Source: Bacillota bacterium (GTDB lineage Bacteria; Bacillota; SHA-98; UBA4971). Taken from it: DNA of 49,155 bases. Below are positions 1 to 9,091 of the stretch, one piece after another. The notes under the pieces are model-generated. The model did not search any database and was not told the DNA's origin. It saw nothing but the letters and a program-made list of their open reading frames with translations. Where the stretch lies: positions 4,700 through 53,854 of the forward strand of contig JBFMGS010000008.1 in the NCBI GenBank assembly GCA_040752635.1, written 5' to 3'. The position numbers were made by a program, and so were the translations under genes. Numbering within the stretch: position 1 is the first letter of the stretch; each line of letters begins with the position of its first letter.

Positions 1-147
1 GGCGGCGTGGTCGGCGGGGTGCTCGCTTTGATCGAGATCCTTCTGGTGCTGGCTGACGCCAACGGAAGGAGACTCGGCGATAAGCTTGCAGACACTCAGG
101 TCATAGTGGTTGAAGAGCCCCAACCTTCGAGTAAGCAGCAGGGGTGA
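1..147 (+). CDS. 3' end of an RDD-family membrane protein (partial, runs off the left edge)
   Basis: Frame 1 translated by hand: GGVVGGVLALIEILLVLADANGRRLGDKLADTQVIVVEEPQPSSKQQG* (TGA 145-147). A hydrophobic stretch followed by GRRLGDKLADTQV is the typical RDD C-terminal motif. Confidence 0.7.
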   Translation, partial: GGVVGGVLALIEILLVLADANGRRLGDKLADTQVIVVEEPQPSSKQQG

Positions 148-197
148 TGGGCCGGGAGCCATGGCCCGGTCGCCGCGGGGTTGGTATACAAGGTTGT

Positions 198-241
198 AGG
201 GTTGCCGCCGTTTTCGGAACGGAAACGCAGGTGGCAACCCT
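198..241. terminator. Long stem-loop between convergent genes
   Basis: AGGGTTGCCGCC (198-209) pairs with GGTGGCAACCCT (230-241) with one G-U, and an inner GTTTTCG/CGGAAAC helix. There is no clear U-tract, so the function is inferred from position only. Confidence 0.4.
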
Positions 242-476
242 GGCCGCTTTAATCCCCGGGATTCTGGCTTAATACCCGCGGCTTGTTTACCTGATGCCCG
301 CAGGTTACCATGTCTCCAAGGCTCATGGCTCTCTGCGCTACCGACTATAGATAGCCAACCTCAAAGTTGAACGAGCATCATGCTGCCTTGCCGTGTGCTC
401 GCTGGCCGCGATTCCCTTTCTCATGCTTCGAGATTGGGTATCCGTAAGTGCGGAGGGAAGCCCTGGGTGTAGCATT

Positions 477-896
477 TTACTTCCTCCCCGCATTACGCTC
501 ACTCAGACTATCGAGCGTCTTTAGAAACTCCGGGCGGTTTGCAAGCGGATGAATGGAACGTAGCGACACCGTTTCTCCAAAGCGTGCCATGGCATCGCTG
601 GATCTGATAAGATCCTCCCGCGTTCCTCCCTGAGCGCTTTTTCTTTCTATAAGGGCCTTCTTCACCTCACCGATCCGCCGCCCCTCCGCCAACAGGCGCT
701 TGACCTCTTCTAGCGCGTCCACGTCGGCCTGCGAGTACAGGCGCTGGTTGCCCCGGGACCTCGCCGGTACGACGAGCCCCCTCTCGCCGTAATAGCGGAT
801 TTGCCTGTCGGTAAGCCCGGTGAGCTGTCGCACCGCGCCTACAGCGTAAAGAGGCGCGTCGCGCGGGACGTCCACTCTTGCCACCCCCAGCCCCAC
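477..896 (-). CDS. glnR: MerR-family nitrogen regulator, GlnR/TnrA-like
   Basis: PLYAVGAVRQLTGLTDRQIRYYGERGLVVPARSRGNQRLYS closely follows the Bacillus GlnR/TnrA HTH pattern, and a GlnR box lies just upstream. The true start may be the GTG at 875 or 884. Confidence 0.75.
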   Translation of the reverse strand: MGLGVARVDVPRDAPLYAVGAVRQLTGLTDRQIRYYGERGLVVPARSRGNQRLYSQADVDALEEVKRLLAEGRRIGEVKKALIERKSAQGGTREDLIRSSDAMARFGETVSLRSIHPLANRPEFLKTLDSLSERNAGRK

Positions 897-903
897 TGAT
901 CGA

Positions 904-920
904 CGTGAGGTTTCCTCACA
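904..920 (-). promoter_or_regulatory. GlnR/TnrA box
   Basis: Minus strand reads TGTGA-GGAAACC-TCACG, matching TGTNA-N7-TNACA with one mismatch. It lies between the promoter and the glnR-like start. Confidence 0.75.
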
Positions 921-938
921 TGACCGGAACTCAGGCCC

Positions 939-968
939 ATTCTATAGCCGCGCAGGACCGTCTGTCAA
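939..968 (-). promoter_or_regulatory. sigmaA promoter of the glnR-like gene
   Basis: Minus strand: TTGACA (968-963), 18-nt spacer, TAGAAT (944-939). Confidence 0.65.
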
Positions 969-1320
969 GCACCCCCTGCGCGTAGCACCTGCCTTACGGC
1001 ACCCAACGCACGGTTTTCCCTTTTTCACCCCAGCGGCAGCCGAGCCTGGTTCGTGCGAGCTAACCTGGGAGGCTGTAATGCCAGGACATGCCGTACGAAG
1101 GTACGCAGTACCAGATCGACCGCCCGGGCAAACCGAAACCTCTACGCTTTCTCTGCGCAACCGAAGGAAGACAGCTTTCGCTCATGACGGACCACGCCCC
1201 CAGCTAGCAACCAACCGCCCAGCTTCCAGGGCCGTTGCGGACTTGTGGAATGCTATGCATATATTGACAGATGCGTGACTATAATGGTATCAGAATCCAC
1301 ATGAGGGAGGAGACGGCATC

Positions 1321-1479
1321 GTGACTGCGATGCTGAAGCTTCGCGAAAAGGCGGGTATAAGTGCCAAGGAGCTTTCGCTGCGAACCGGAATTCCAGTTGA
1401 AGTCATCATCCGGGCGGAGCTCGGGCTCATCAAGCTCCGCCCGCAGCAGAGAAAGAGAATTGTGAGGGCTCTCCGTTAA
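1321..1479 (+). CDS. Small XRE/Cro-type HTH protein, 52 aa (absent from the ORF track)
   Basis: GAGGGAGG RBS at 1303-1310 and GTG at 1321. Translation MTAMLKLREKAGISAKELSLRTGIPVEVIIRAELGLIKLRPQQRKRIVRALR* fits the XRE pattern LR...GIS..ELA...GI......R.E.G. Confidence 0.75.
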   Translation: MTAMLKLREKAGISAKELSLRTGIPVEVIIRAELGLIKLRPQQRKRIVRALR

Positions 1480-1492
1480 GCGCGAGCCTGGC

Positions 1493-1930
1493 TCATGTCC
1501 CGGGACCCATACCCACGAGGAAGAGGCCGCACACGATGAACACGGCGCCGATTACTTGCGCCCACGTGGCGGTTTCCTGCAAGTACCCTACCGCTACCAG
1601 CAGCGTAAAGAGAGGGGCGGTGGACATCACCAGCGAGACCTGGGCCGCCCCTCCCCATTTCAGGGCAGCATAGTACGCGAGATCCCCGACAAGCGTCGCC
1701 AACACCGCCTCGACCCCTATGAACGCCCAGGCGCGCCCTGACACCGTTTCTATGGCCCGCAGACCCCCGCTTACTAGAAGCCAGCCGGTCACGATCCCGG
1801 ACGCGATCAGGGTTCGCAGGCATAACCCCGCTATAGGATCCACCTTCGCCAGGCCGATCTTACCGAAAACGGGGGCGATGCCCCAGCACAATGCTGCAAA
1901 CAATGACATCAGTAAAGTCCGCATGACCAT
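1493..1930 (-). CDS. EamA/DMT-superfamily transporter (single domain)
   Basis: About 5 hydrophobic helices, with WGIAPVFGKIGL and GDLAYYAALKWG...VSLVMSTAPLFTLL motifs. Confidence 0.85.
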   Translation of the reverse strand: MVMRTLLMSLFAALCWGIAPVFGKIGLAKVDPIAGLCLRTLIASGIVTGWLLVSGGLRAIETVSGRAWAFIGVEAVLATLVGDLAYYAALKWGGAAQVSLVMSTAPLFTLLVAVGYLQETATWAQVIGAVFIVCGLFLVGMGPGT

Positions 1931-2021
1931 CCGTCTCCCAAGGATCTCTTATTCGTGAAGGCCGGGGCATATACATCATACAGGCATAAATGGAGGATGG
2001 AGACCGGAGGAGTGGTGCACG

Positions 2022-3245
2022 ATGAGATTGTACGTCATGGGCCGTAGAAAGGCTGCACTGTTTCTCCTGGTAACCATGGCTCTCGCATCTGCTGCTGCTT
2101 CAATGCTGGTCAGAACCGTCGGAGGGCCTCCCGTAGCACTTGACAGGCTGCTCATAACGCGCCTCAACATGATCTTTTCCGACCGCGCACAGGCAGTCGT
2201 GCAAGGAAACCCCGAACCCCTGGTTTCCCACTATGACCTGGAGTCAACGTATGGTCGCTGGGCGCTAGACCGCGAAGAACGCCGGATCAGGTACGTCCAG
2301 GCGTGGAGCAAGGCGCGACGGGTGCGGTTTATCGACTCCGCGGTTGAGATCCGGGTAGATTCCGCGGAGCTGAAGGGTGACTTTGCACGGCTCAGGTTGA
2401 GGCAGAGCGCGGACTTCGCCTATTTGTACGACGCGGACCCTGCGGCTAGGCCGGACCACTTTGGTATCGGCACACGTCACTTAGTCGAGCTCGTCCGAAA
2501 GGGTGAGACCTGGGTGATAAGACGCGATTGGTACACTGACCCGCTCGACGAGGACTCGATTATCGCCGACGTGAGGCCTGCTTTGGTGCCTGAAGGGGCC
2601 TTTCCCACAATCATCGACCGGAAGTATCCCCAGGAAGACACCCGCCTCCCAACAGGTACAAAGGCGTCGCCAGGCATGCCGAGCAACCCTCTCCAAGCGT
2701 CGCGGTACGACCGGGGGAACGCCGTGGCATACGCCAACGAGTATTGCGGATTGGCCTGGGGCTGCGGCAACAATCGCGAGTATAACTCGAAGTACAAAGA
2801 CTTCACCGGGCTTGGAGGTGATTGCACCAACTTCGTATCCCAGGTGCTGGGGGACACGGCAGGCGGCGGCCTTCTGATGGACTGGACGTGGCGCTACACG
2901 TATAAGGGGATAGGCGCGGGAGCGAGCCGCGCCTGGGCGCAGGCAGGAGCCCTTGCCGGCTACCTCATAGCCAGCGGACGAGCCATAAGAATGGCCCGGG
3001 GCACCTATGCAGATGTTGTGACCCCTTCCGAGAGATATCCTCACGGGGCTATCGGCGCACTCGATTTGGGAGACCTCATAGCTTACGAGGAAAAGGGGCG
3101 CTTGGTACACTTTGCAGTGGTGACGGGCACCGACTCGCACGGGTACGTAGTGGTAAACTCGCATACTGCAGATCGTTACCACGTACCGTGGGACATCGGC
3201 TGGGACCGCACTACAGTGTTCTGGCTACTAAAGATCGTTTACTAG
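2022..3245 (+). CDS. Putative amidase domain (Amidase_6) protein with N-terminal membrane anchor
   Basis: YDRGNAVAYANEY...YNSKYKDF...GGDCTNFVSQVL, HFAVVTG and VNSHTADR motifs; GGAGGAG RBS; hydrophobic N-terminus. Confidence 0.8.
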   Translation: MRLYVMGRRKAALFLLVTMALASAAASMLVRTVGGPPVALDRLLITRLNMIFSDRAQAVVQGNPEPLVSHYDLESTYGRWALDREERRIRYVQAWSKARRVRFIDSAVEIRVDSAELKGDFARLRLRQSADFAYLYDADPAARPDHFGIGTRHLVELVRKGETWVIRRDWYTDPLDEDSIIADVRPALVPEGAFPTIIDRKYPQEDTRLPTGTKASPGMPSNPLQASRYDRGNAVAYANEYCGLAWGCGNNREYNSKYKDFTGLGGDCTNFVSQVLGDTAGGGLLMDWTWRYTYKGIGAGASRAWAQAGALAGYLIASGRAIRMARGTYADVVTPSERYPHGAIGALDLGDLIAYEEKGRLVHFAVVTGTDSHGYVVVNSHTADRYHVPWDIGWDRTTVFWLLKIVY

Positions 3246-4921
3246 GAAATTGAAGACTTGCCATGGAAGAGTTTCCATCCGTCGAACCCCCCGGCAAGGT
3301 GGACTACATCTTCGAATCCTCGCTGCTTCAGGATTTCATAGCCGAGATACGAGCGATATCCGATAGCACAGTAGACTACCGTTTTCTTATGTGGATCCAG
3401 CTCGTCCACGAAATCCCTCAACTGATCTATGGGTATCAACTTGGCTCCTGGGATCTCTCCCGCCTTGCGCTCCCCTGGTGTTCTCACGTCGATGAGTTGG
3501 ACGTCTTCGCGCTTCAGCAGCTCGTCGAGGTCTTCCGGTTCAATTGCGCCCACCTCGCCCCGGAAAACGTTCGCGGCCACAAACCCTGCGATGTTTACGG
3601 GGTCTTTAGCGGATGAGTAAGGCGGCGCGTATGCAAGGTCAAGGTCTTCGAGGTCTTCCACAGTCATCCGGGCGTGCATGGCGGTGGCGATTACGTCTAT
3701 CCTCTTATCAACCCCTGCACCTCCAACTATTTGTGCGCCGAGCACTCTGCCGGTGGACTTATCGACCACGAGTTTAACCGTCATCATGCGGGCACCCGGG
3801 TAATAACCCGCATGGTGCTGGGAATGAGTATATGAAACATAGTGGGGGATGCCTTCCGCGGCGGCCTCCTTTTCAGCAAGCCCGGTTTTTGCAATGGTTA
3901 GATCGCAAACTTTGACAATCATCGTGCCGAGCGACCCCAAGTAGCGCAGGTTGCCGCCCGCGGCATTCGCTCCGGCAACTCGCGCCTGTTTGTTGGCGGG
4001 GCCAGCAAGCGGGACTCGCACGGGCTTTCCGGTGACGATGTGCCTGACCTCGCAGATGTCTCCGGCCGCATATATGTTGGAATCGCTTGTCTGCATCCTT
4101 TCGTTTACGGCAAGCCCGCCCGATGGGCCAATAGAGAGTCCCGCCTGCCTGGCAAGGTCCAGCCTTGGGACCACACCCATGGCGGAGACTGCGAAGTCGC
4201 ATAGGATCGTTCTGCCGCCGGAAAGCCTCACACCGAGCTTGTCGCCGTTTTCTTCGACTTGCTCTACCCTTCGACCTAGCACTACCTCTGCACCCTTTTC
4301 ACGCAGGTGCAACACGAGGGGCTCGGCCATTTCCTTGTCAACCGGCGGAAGCAGGTGGTCCATCATTTCGATGACGCTTACCGATATGTTTCGTTCGAGC
4401 AGGGCTTCTGCGGTCTCGAGGCCGATGAACCCTCCGCCGATAACCGCCGCTGAACCCGGCTTGCGTTCGTCGATAAATTGATGCAGCCTGTCAGCGTCTT
4501 CTACTGAGACAAGAGTGAATACCTTATTGTTATCAATGCCTGGTATCGGGGGACGTGCAGGCTCGCTACCCGTGGCGAGAATAAGCGCATCGTAGCGTTC
4601 GTCCCGAACCTCCCCTGTTTCTAGATTGCGGACGGAGATAGTCTTGCGTGGCCTATTGATGGTAGTAACCTCGTGACGCGTCCGCACATCTATGTTGAAC
4701 CTGGACGCAAGCCGCCCAGGGCTCACGACAAAAAGCTCCTCGCGTCGTGGTATGACGCCGCCTATGTAGTAAGGTAAGCCGCAGTTAGCCCAGGAGACAT
4801 ACGGGGTGCGTTCGAAGATGACTATTTCCGCATCCTCGGACGTCCGGCGTGCTTTGACTGCGGCCCCTGCTCCACCGGCCACCCCTCCTACCACAACAAG
4901 GCGCTTCCCCAACGCTCTCAA
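3242..4921 (-). CDS. CoA-disulfide reductase / NADH oxidase with C-terminal rhodanese domain
   Basis: GGVAGG FAD motif, SWANCGLPYY redox Cys, GGGFIGLE NAD motif, LDLAYAPPY, and a rhodanese domain (IDVRT, VYCAIGYRS). Confidence 0.92.
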   Translation of the reverse strand: MRALGKRLVVVGGVAGGAGAAVKARRTSEDAEIVIFERTPYVSWANCGLPYYIGGVIPRREELFVVSPGRLASRFNIDVRTRHEVTTINRPRKTISVRNLETGEVRDERYDALILATGSEPARPPIPGIDNNKVFTLVSVEDADRLHQFIDERKPGSAAVIGGGFIGLETAEALLERNISVSVIEMMDHLLPPVDKEMAEPLVLHLREKGAEVVLGRRVEQVEENGDKLGVRLSGGRTILCDFAVSAMGVVPRLDLARQAGLSIGPSGGLAVNERMQTSDSNIYAAGDICEVRHIVTGKPVRVPLAGPANKQARVAGANAAGGNLRYLGSLGTMIVKVCDLTIAKTGLAEKEAAAEGIPHYVSYTHSQHHAGYYPGARMMTVKLVVDKSTGRVLGAQIVGGAGVDKRIDVIATAMHARMTVEDLEDLDLAYAPPYSSAKDPVNIAGFVAANVFRGEVGAIEPEDLDELLKREDVQLIDVRTPGERKAGEIPGAKLIPIDQLRDFVDELDPHKKTVVYCAIGYRSYLGYEILKQRGFEDVVHLAGGFDGWKLFHGKSSIS

Positions 4922-5053
4922 CCCCCGTAGACGTCTGCTTCCCTCGCAGGCTCGTTGAGATCACGGACGACGTTACAAGCCGACCTGTTTTCAGGATGTT
5001 TCTACCTTGTCTTAGCCGCAGAATGGAATGCGGCTGCACCCTTGTGGGCTCCA

Positions 5054-5248
5054 TTAGTAGCCCTCGTTAGAGGTACTCGTATCAAGCAGGTCCGCCGTGC
5101 TCACTGTCGCTCCACAAACGGGACATGACACTACTTCTTCCGTAGATGCACTACCAACAGTAACCATGTTTCCACACTGCTTGCATTTAACGCTTTCCTC
5201 TGCATTATCTGCAATTCTTGGGTATTCATCCATATTAGTGTTCTCCAT
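5054..5248 (-). CDS. Small zinc-ribbon protein
   Basis: CKQC and CPVC pairs in a 64-aa ORF; AAGGAG RBS upstream. Confidence 0.6.
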   Translation of the reverse strand: MENTNMDEYPRIADNAEESVKCKQCGNMVTVGSASTEEVVSCPVCGATVSTADLLDTSTSNEGY

Positions 5249-5350
5249 ATTCAGGCTCCTTCCTTCCCGTGTGTTGCCGCAAACGGGTTTGCGATACTTG
5301 TATTATTCCCCTCTGTCGCACGGCTTACAATGGCCTGGCAGCACAGGGTC

Positions 5351-5395
5351 AGAGACGCAGGCGCCTCTCCATGAAGGAGAGGCGCCTGCGTCTCT
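5351..5395. repeat. Perfect 20-bp inverted repeat (5-nt loop)
   Basis: AGAGACGCAGGCGCCTCTCC-atgaa-GGAGAGGCGCCTGCGTCTCT. Confidence 0.9.
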
Positions 5396-5474
5396 TGTCT
5401 TTATGGTTGTTAGGTCTTACCACTTACGGTAGTATGGGCCGGCAAACGCAGACTTTCCCTATCCTAGCAAGCTG

Positions 5475-5804
5475 CTAGCCAACGGGTTGATTGTAGCCCA
5501 CCTGCTCCTGCCCGGCGCCATAGTCGGGCTGAGCCTCCGGCCGGGTGAGGCCTGCCTGGAATCCGGTTTTCACGCCCGCCGCGGCACCCTCAATCAGCGA
5601 CCGCTCGGCCGCCTCGATCATCCTGCGCACCATGTGACCGCCAACTGCGCCGCATTGGGCTGAAGGTAGACTGCCCCAGTAACCTGAATCAATGATGTTG
5701 CTGGGCAGGTTGAGTTCGTTAGCTATCTCATACTTGAATCTATCTAGAGCAGTGAGGGCATTAGGGACAACCGGGCGGTTCCTCCGGCCAGCGCCACGTG
5801 CCAT
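5475..5804 (-). CDS. alpha/beta-type small acid-soluble spore protein, C-terminally extended (109 aa)
   Basis: ALDRFKYEIANEL (GPR-type EIANE site) and GAVGGHMVRRMIEAAE SASP motifs. Confidence 0.9.
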   Translation of the reverse strand: MARGAGRRNRPVVPNALTALDRFKYEIANELNLPSNIIDSGYWGSLPSAQCGAVGGHMVRRMIEAAERSLIEGAAAGVKTGFQAGLTRPEAQPDYGAGQEQVGYNQPVG

Positions 5805-5836
5805 TACTCTTCACCACCCCCCATGTTTTCTATCTA

Positions 5837-5865
5837 TAGTGTTACACCGCTGCTAGAACGTATGC
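5837..5865 (-). promoter_or_regulatory. Forespore (sigmaG/F-like) promoter of SASP-1
   Basis: Minus strand GCATA-N17-AACACTA; 20/29 identical to the element upstream of SASP-3. Confidence 0.6.
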
Positions 5866-5972
5866 TGGGAAATACATGAGAGTCGCCCATTTTGGTGATA
5901 ATAAGTTTTTTTGCTTCTGGACACTTACTGCGGGGAGTTCGTGCAACGTGGCTGCGCCATAAGAGCTCGTAA

Positions 5973-6007
5973 GCAAAAGCCGGGCGCAACGTATAAGCGC
6001 CCAGCTT
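5973..6007 (-). terminator. Intrinsic terminator after SASP-2
   Basis: Minus strand AAGCTGGGCGC-ttatacgtt-GCGCCCGGCTT followed by TTGCTT. Confidence 0.65.
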
Positions 6008-6103
6008 GTCTGGCGACCCACCGTTGTTTGCAGAGCTGAGCCCGGTGATCGCGACTACCTGCGAGCAGCGACGTAACCACGGTAACCGGGTTAACCGACG
6101 GCT

Positions 6104-6397
6104 CTACGGCTCGGGTGACGCCTGGACCTGCGTGCTCACAGGCAGCCCCAGGCCGGACCGGAATCCGGCCACTGCCTCGGCTGCAACCTGTTCGGCGATG
6201 GCTTTTTCGGCGGCTTCGATCATTTTCTTGACCATGCGTCCACCAACGGCACCGCATTCCCTGGACGAAAGATTGCCCCAGTAGCCATGCTGAAAGACCT
6301 CTGCCGGAAGGTTCATTTCTTTTGCAATTTCATATTTGAGGCGATCAAGCGCGCGACTCGCACCCTTCGCGGCAGGCCGATTCTTTTTGGCCGGCAC
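6104..6397 (-). CDS. alpha/beta-type SASP, extended (97 aa)
   Basis: ALDRLKYEIAKEM and CGAVGGRMVKKMIEAAE motifs; AAGGGGG RBS. Confidence 0.9.
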   Translation of the reverse strand: MPAKKNRPAAKGASRALDRLKYEIAKEMNLPAEVFQHGYWGNLSSRECGAVGGRMVKKMIEAAEKAIAEQVAAEAVAGFRSGLGLPVSTQVQASPEP

Positions 6398-6820
6398 TCT
6401 AAGTCCCCCCTTTTGACCTGGTACGTCTATGTTCCCCAGCTCGCCTGGCCGCTATGTAAGGGGCATGCTGGTCAGCATCCTGCAGACCCCCAGCTTGTTC
6501 AAGTCCACACCTAAGTTGGTCGTCATGAGACCGTTGACTTTCTCCAGCAACTAACCAAGACCTCCACAGAATAGTGTGTTTAGATGCCCTTGAACGCGTG
6601 AGGTTTCGTCGAGTCCAAAATACGTCATCCCAGTCGATGGTAAAAACCAGCAGTCTCCGTCACAGATTCGTGGAGCTTTTCACGGGCCTATTGATGGAGC
6701 TTTCTGTCAAACCTCCGATGTATACTTTGTATATGCAGTAAACCTAAGGCAGGCGTCTCATTCTCATACTCTCGGGTTTATATAGCACTTAATTGGATAT
6801 CTTTACATCATACACAGGTA

Positions 6821-7642
6821 TTACGCTATCGTTATGAATTCCGGCCGCCTGTTGCGGAAGACAGCAATGTACCGGAAGCCTACCGCCCTCATGAGGTCAA
6901 CTGCTTGGAGTATCCCGGACCCAAGATCCCTTACACGGTGGGCATCCGACCCCACTGTTATGAGTTCGCCGCCCAACTGGCGGTACAGCCTGAATGTCTC
7001 AAGACCGGGCAGGGTTTCGTGCACCGGGCGTCTGAGGCCGGAGGTGTTGATTTCAAGTGCAATGCCCTTGTCAATGATGACCTTGAGGATGGCCTCGATC
7101 TCGCTAGAGAAGGCCTTAAACGGAAATTGGCCGTGTTTTTCAAAGGCGTAGCGCTTTATAAAATCGAGATGCGCAAGCGCATCAAACAGCCCTGACCTGG
7201 CGGCGCCCAGTACGTTTTCCAGATACCGCCGATACGCCCCTTCCATCCCGTATCTGTCGAAAACCTCCTCGATCACGGACAGACTGTCCACCCAATGAAC
7301 GGAGCCGAGCACGAAATCGAAGTGGCGCCCTGCAAGAAACTCCTCAACCTGCCCCGTGTACCAGGTTTGGTAGTCTGCCTCCACTCCGATTCCAACCTGG
7401 AGGATTCCGTCCCATTTGTCTGCGGCCTGCTGGATCGCTTTCCGATATTCTTCGAACCTCAAGTACCCGAAGGCCTCGTCCCTTGGCTCGAAGTCGGCGT
7501 GGTCGGTAAAGCAGATCTCACTGAGCCCGGCTGCTACGGCAGCTTCACACATACTATCTATCGTGTCCTCAGCGTCAGGGGAAAAGGTCGAATGAATGTG
7601 GCAGTCTACAAGGGGGATGGCGTGGCTCAAACCTTTCTGCAT
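6821..7642 (-). CDS. PHP-family histidinol-phosphatase (HisJ-like)
   Basis: DCHIHS, FTDHAD, GSVH, AHLD, EINTSG and GSDAH metal-binding motifs. Confidence 0.88.
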   Translation of the reverse strand: MQKGLSHAIPLVDCHIHSTFSPDAEDTIDSMCEAAVAAGLSEICFTDHADFEPRDEAFGYLRFEEYRKAIQQAADKWDGILQVGIGVEADYQTWYTGQVEEFLAGRHFDFVLGSVHWVDSLSVIEEVFDRYGMEGAYRRYLENVLGAARSGLFDALAHLDFIKRYAFEKHGQFPFKAFSSEIEAILKVIIDKGIALEINTSGLRRPVHETLPGLETFRLYRQLGGELITVGSDAHRVRDLGSGILQAVDLMRAVGFRYIAVFRNRRPEFITIA

Positions 7643-7860
7643 AGTTGGTAATTGTCACCTCTTTGCCTCTAATAACAGATAACCTCGGTTGGTCCCTCGC
7701 GATCGTTGGCCGCTGGCACAAGTGGAGCGACGCCGGGGAGCCGCGAAGAACTGCTGACGATGACCTGGCTCCAAACCTGTCGTATTGTGAAGTATATATA
7801 CCCAGCTGCAAACGCCCGCTTATTGACCTCTGAAGATGGCATTGGTTTTTGGCTACCAAC

Positions 7861-8379
7861 TTAGTATAGTATCACTCCTAGTACGCCTGCAAGGAGGATG
7901 ATAAGAACAGGATGTATCTTAAGCCTAAACATCCCAAGAAGAACGAGAATTGCTATGATCAGCCCTACCAGGTCAACGAGGGCGGCCTTTGTTAGGGAAA
8001 TAGCCGCGGCAGCTACAAGCGCCGTAACCGCAGGCCGAAGGCCCATAGTGACCGCCTTGACTGCGGGCGCATCCTTGAACCTCAAGAAAAGCGTAGCGAT
8101 AGCAAGTATTACCACAAACGACGGGAATACAACTCCTATCGTGGCCGCCGCAGCGCCGCCTATTCCTGCTATTTTGTAGCCCACATATGTAGCGGAATTG
8201 ACGGCGACCGGGCCCGGGGTCATTTCAGCAATGGCGATTATGTCCACAAACTCCTTCATCGTAAGCCAGCCGTTGACGTTGATGATCTCTCTCTGCATGA
8301 GGGGTATCATCGCATAGCCGCCGCCAAACGTGAACAGGCCGATCTTGGCAAACGTGAAAAACAACGTCAGCACATTCAT
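7861..8379 (-). CDS. Short-chain chromate transporter (CHR) subunit
   Basis: FTFGGGYAMIPL and AEMTPGP motifs. Start placed at ATG 8379 (MNVL, AAGGTGG RBS), not the ORF-track 8496. Confidence 0.88.
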   Translation of the reverse strand: MNVLTLFFTFAKIGLFTFGGGYAMIPLMQREIINVNGWLTMKEFVDIIAIAEMTPGPVAVNSATYVGYKIAGIGGAAAATIGVVFPSFVVILAIATLFLRFKDAPAVKAVTMGLRPAVTALVAAAAISLTKAALVDLVGLIIAILVLLGMFRLKIHPVLIILLAGVLGVILY

Positions 8380-8443
8380 TCTAGGCTCGCCACCTTGTCC
8401 AATATAGACGCCCCGGCTTTGCCGTGGGGACGGAGGTGCAGAA

Positions 8444-9091
8444 TCAATAGTCGTGGCCCGGGGAGAACGTCGGGACCTGATCAGCGTCCTGCACATCGGA
8501 GGCGCGTTCCCCGAGGCCCGAAGGCTGGTCGCACGTGGCTGGTCCCTGCGGCCCTACGACATAGTCTCGCCGGAATAAGAAGTATCCCAGCACTCCGGAC
8601 GCTAAGATGACCGGTATGGGATGGACATCAAGGACAACGACAGCCAGGAACACCATGGCCCCGATAATAAGGCCGCGCAAGTCTATGATGGCAACCCTGC
8701 CGATCTTGTACGCTGCGCCGGCCACAAGGGCTACAACTGCGGGCCTTACCCCCGCGAACGCAGCTTCAGCGATATGGGACTTCCTGATCTGCGTAAAAAA
8801 GACGGCTATTGCAAGGATCACCAGGAAGGATGGCAACGTGGTTCCCACAACCGCCGCAACCGCACCAGGGAACCCGGCTTTTCTGTATCCCACGAATACC
8901 GAGGTGTTCACCGCGATCGGCCCGGGGGCTGTTTGAGCCAGACTAAGCATGTCTATGAACTCTTCACTCGTTGTCCATGCCCTAACATCTACTACTTCCC
9001 TTTGTATCAAAGGAACCATGGCGTAGCCCCCGCCAAATGTGAAAGCGCCAATCCTAAAAAAAACAAAAAACATTTGAAGAAGAAGCCGCAC
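8444..9091 (-). CDS. Short-chain chromate transporter (CHR) subunit
   Basis: FTFGGGYAMVPL and AQTAPGP motifs; tandem pair typical of heterodimeric SCHR. Confidence 0.88.
   Translation of the reverse strand: MRLLLQMFFVFFRIGAFTFGGGYAMVPLIQREVVDVRAWTTSEEFIDMLSLAQTAPGPIAVNTSVFVGYRKAGFPGAVAAVVGTTLPSFLVILAIAVFFTQIRKSHIAEAAFAGVRPAVVALVAGAAYKIGRVAIIDLRGLIIGAMVFLAVVVLDVHPIPVILASGVLGYFLFRRDYVVGPQGPATCDQPSGLGERASDVQDADQVPTFSPGHDY

Noticed and set aside
1264-1285. Perfect TTGACA and TATAAT upstream of the small XRE gene
   Set aside because: Only 10 nt apart, so they cannot form one sigmaA promoter. Either may be used with another partner, so no promoter was called.
1945-1976. sigmaE-like TCTTATT-N14-CATATACAT upstream of the amidase gene
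   Set aside because: The -10 does not fit cATAcanT in register; too weak to call.
3263-3616. 117-aa plus-strand ORF
   Set aside because: Wholly antisense to the rhodanese domain of the CoA-disulfide reductase, with no recognisable motif.
6615-6659. Minus-strand RLLVFTIDWDDVFW, reminiscent of an IDWD metal-binding motif, in a startless frame running into SASP-2
   Set aside because: No start or RBS and no further recognisable similarity. It may be a gene relic but cannot be supported without tBLASTn.
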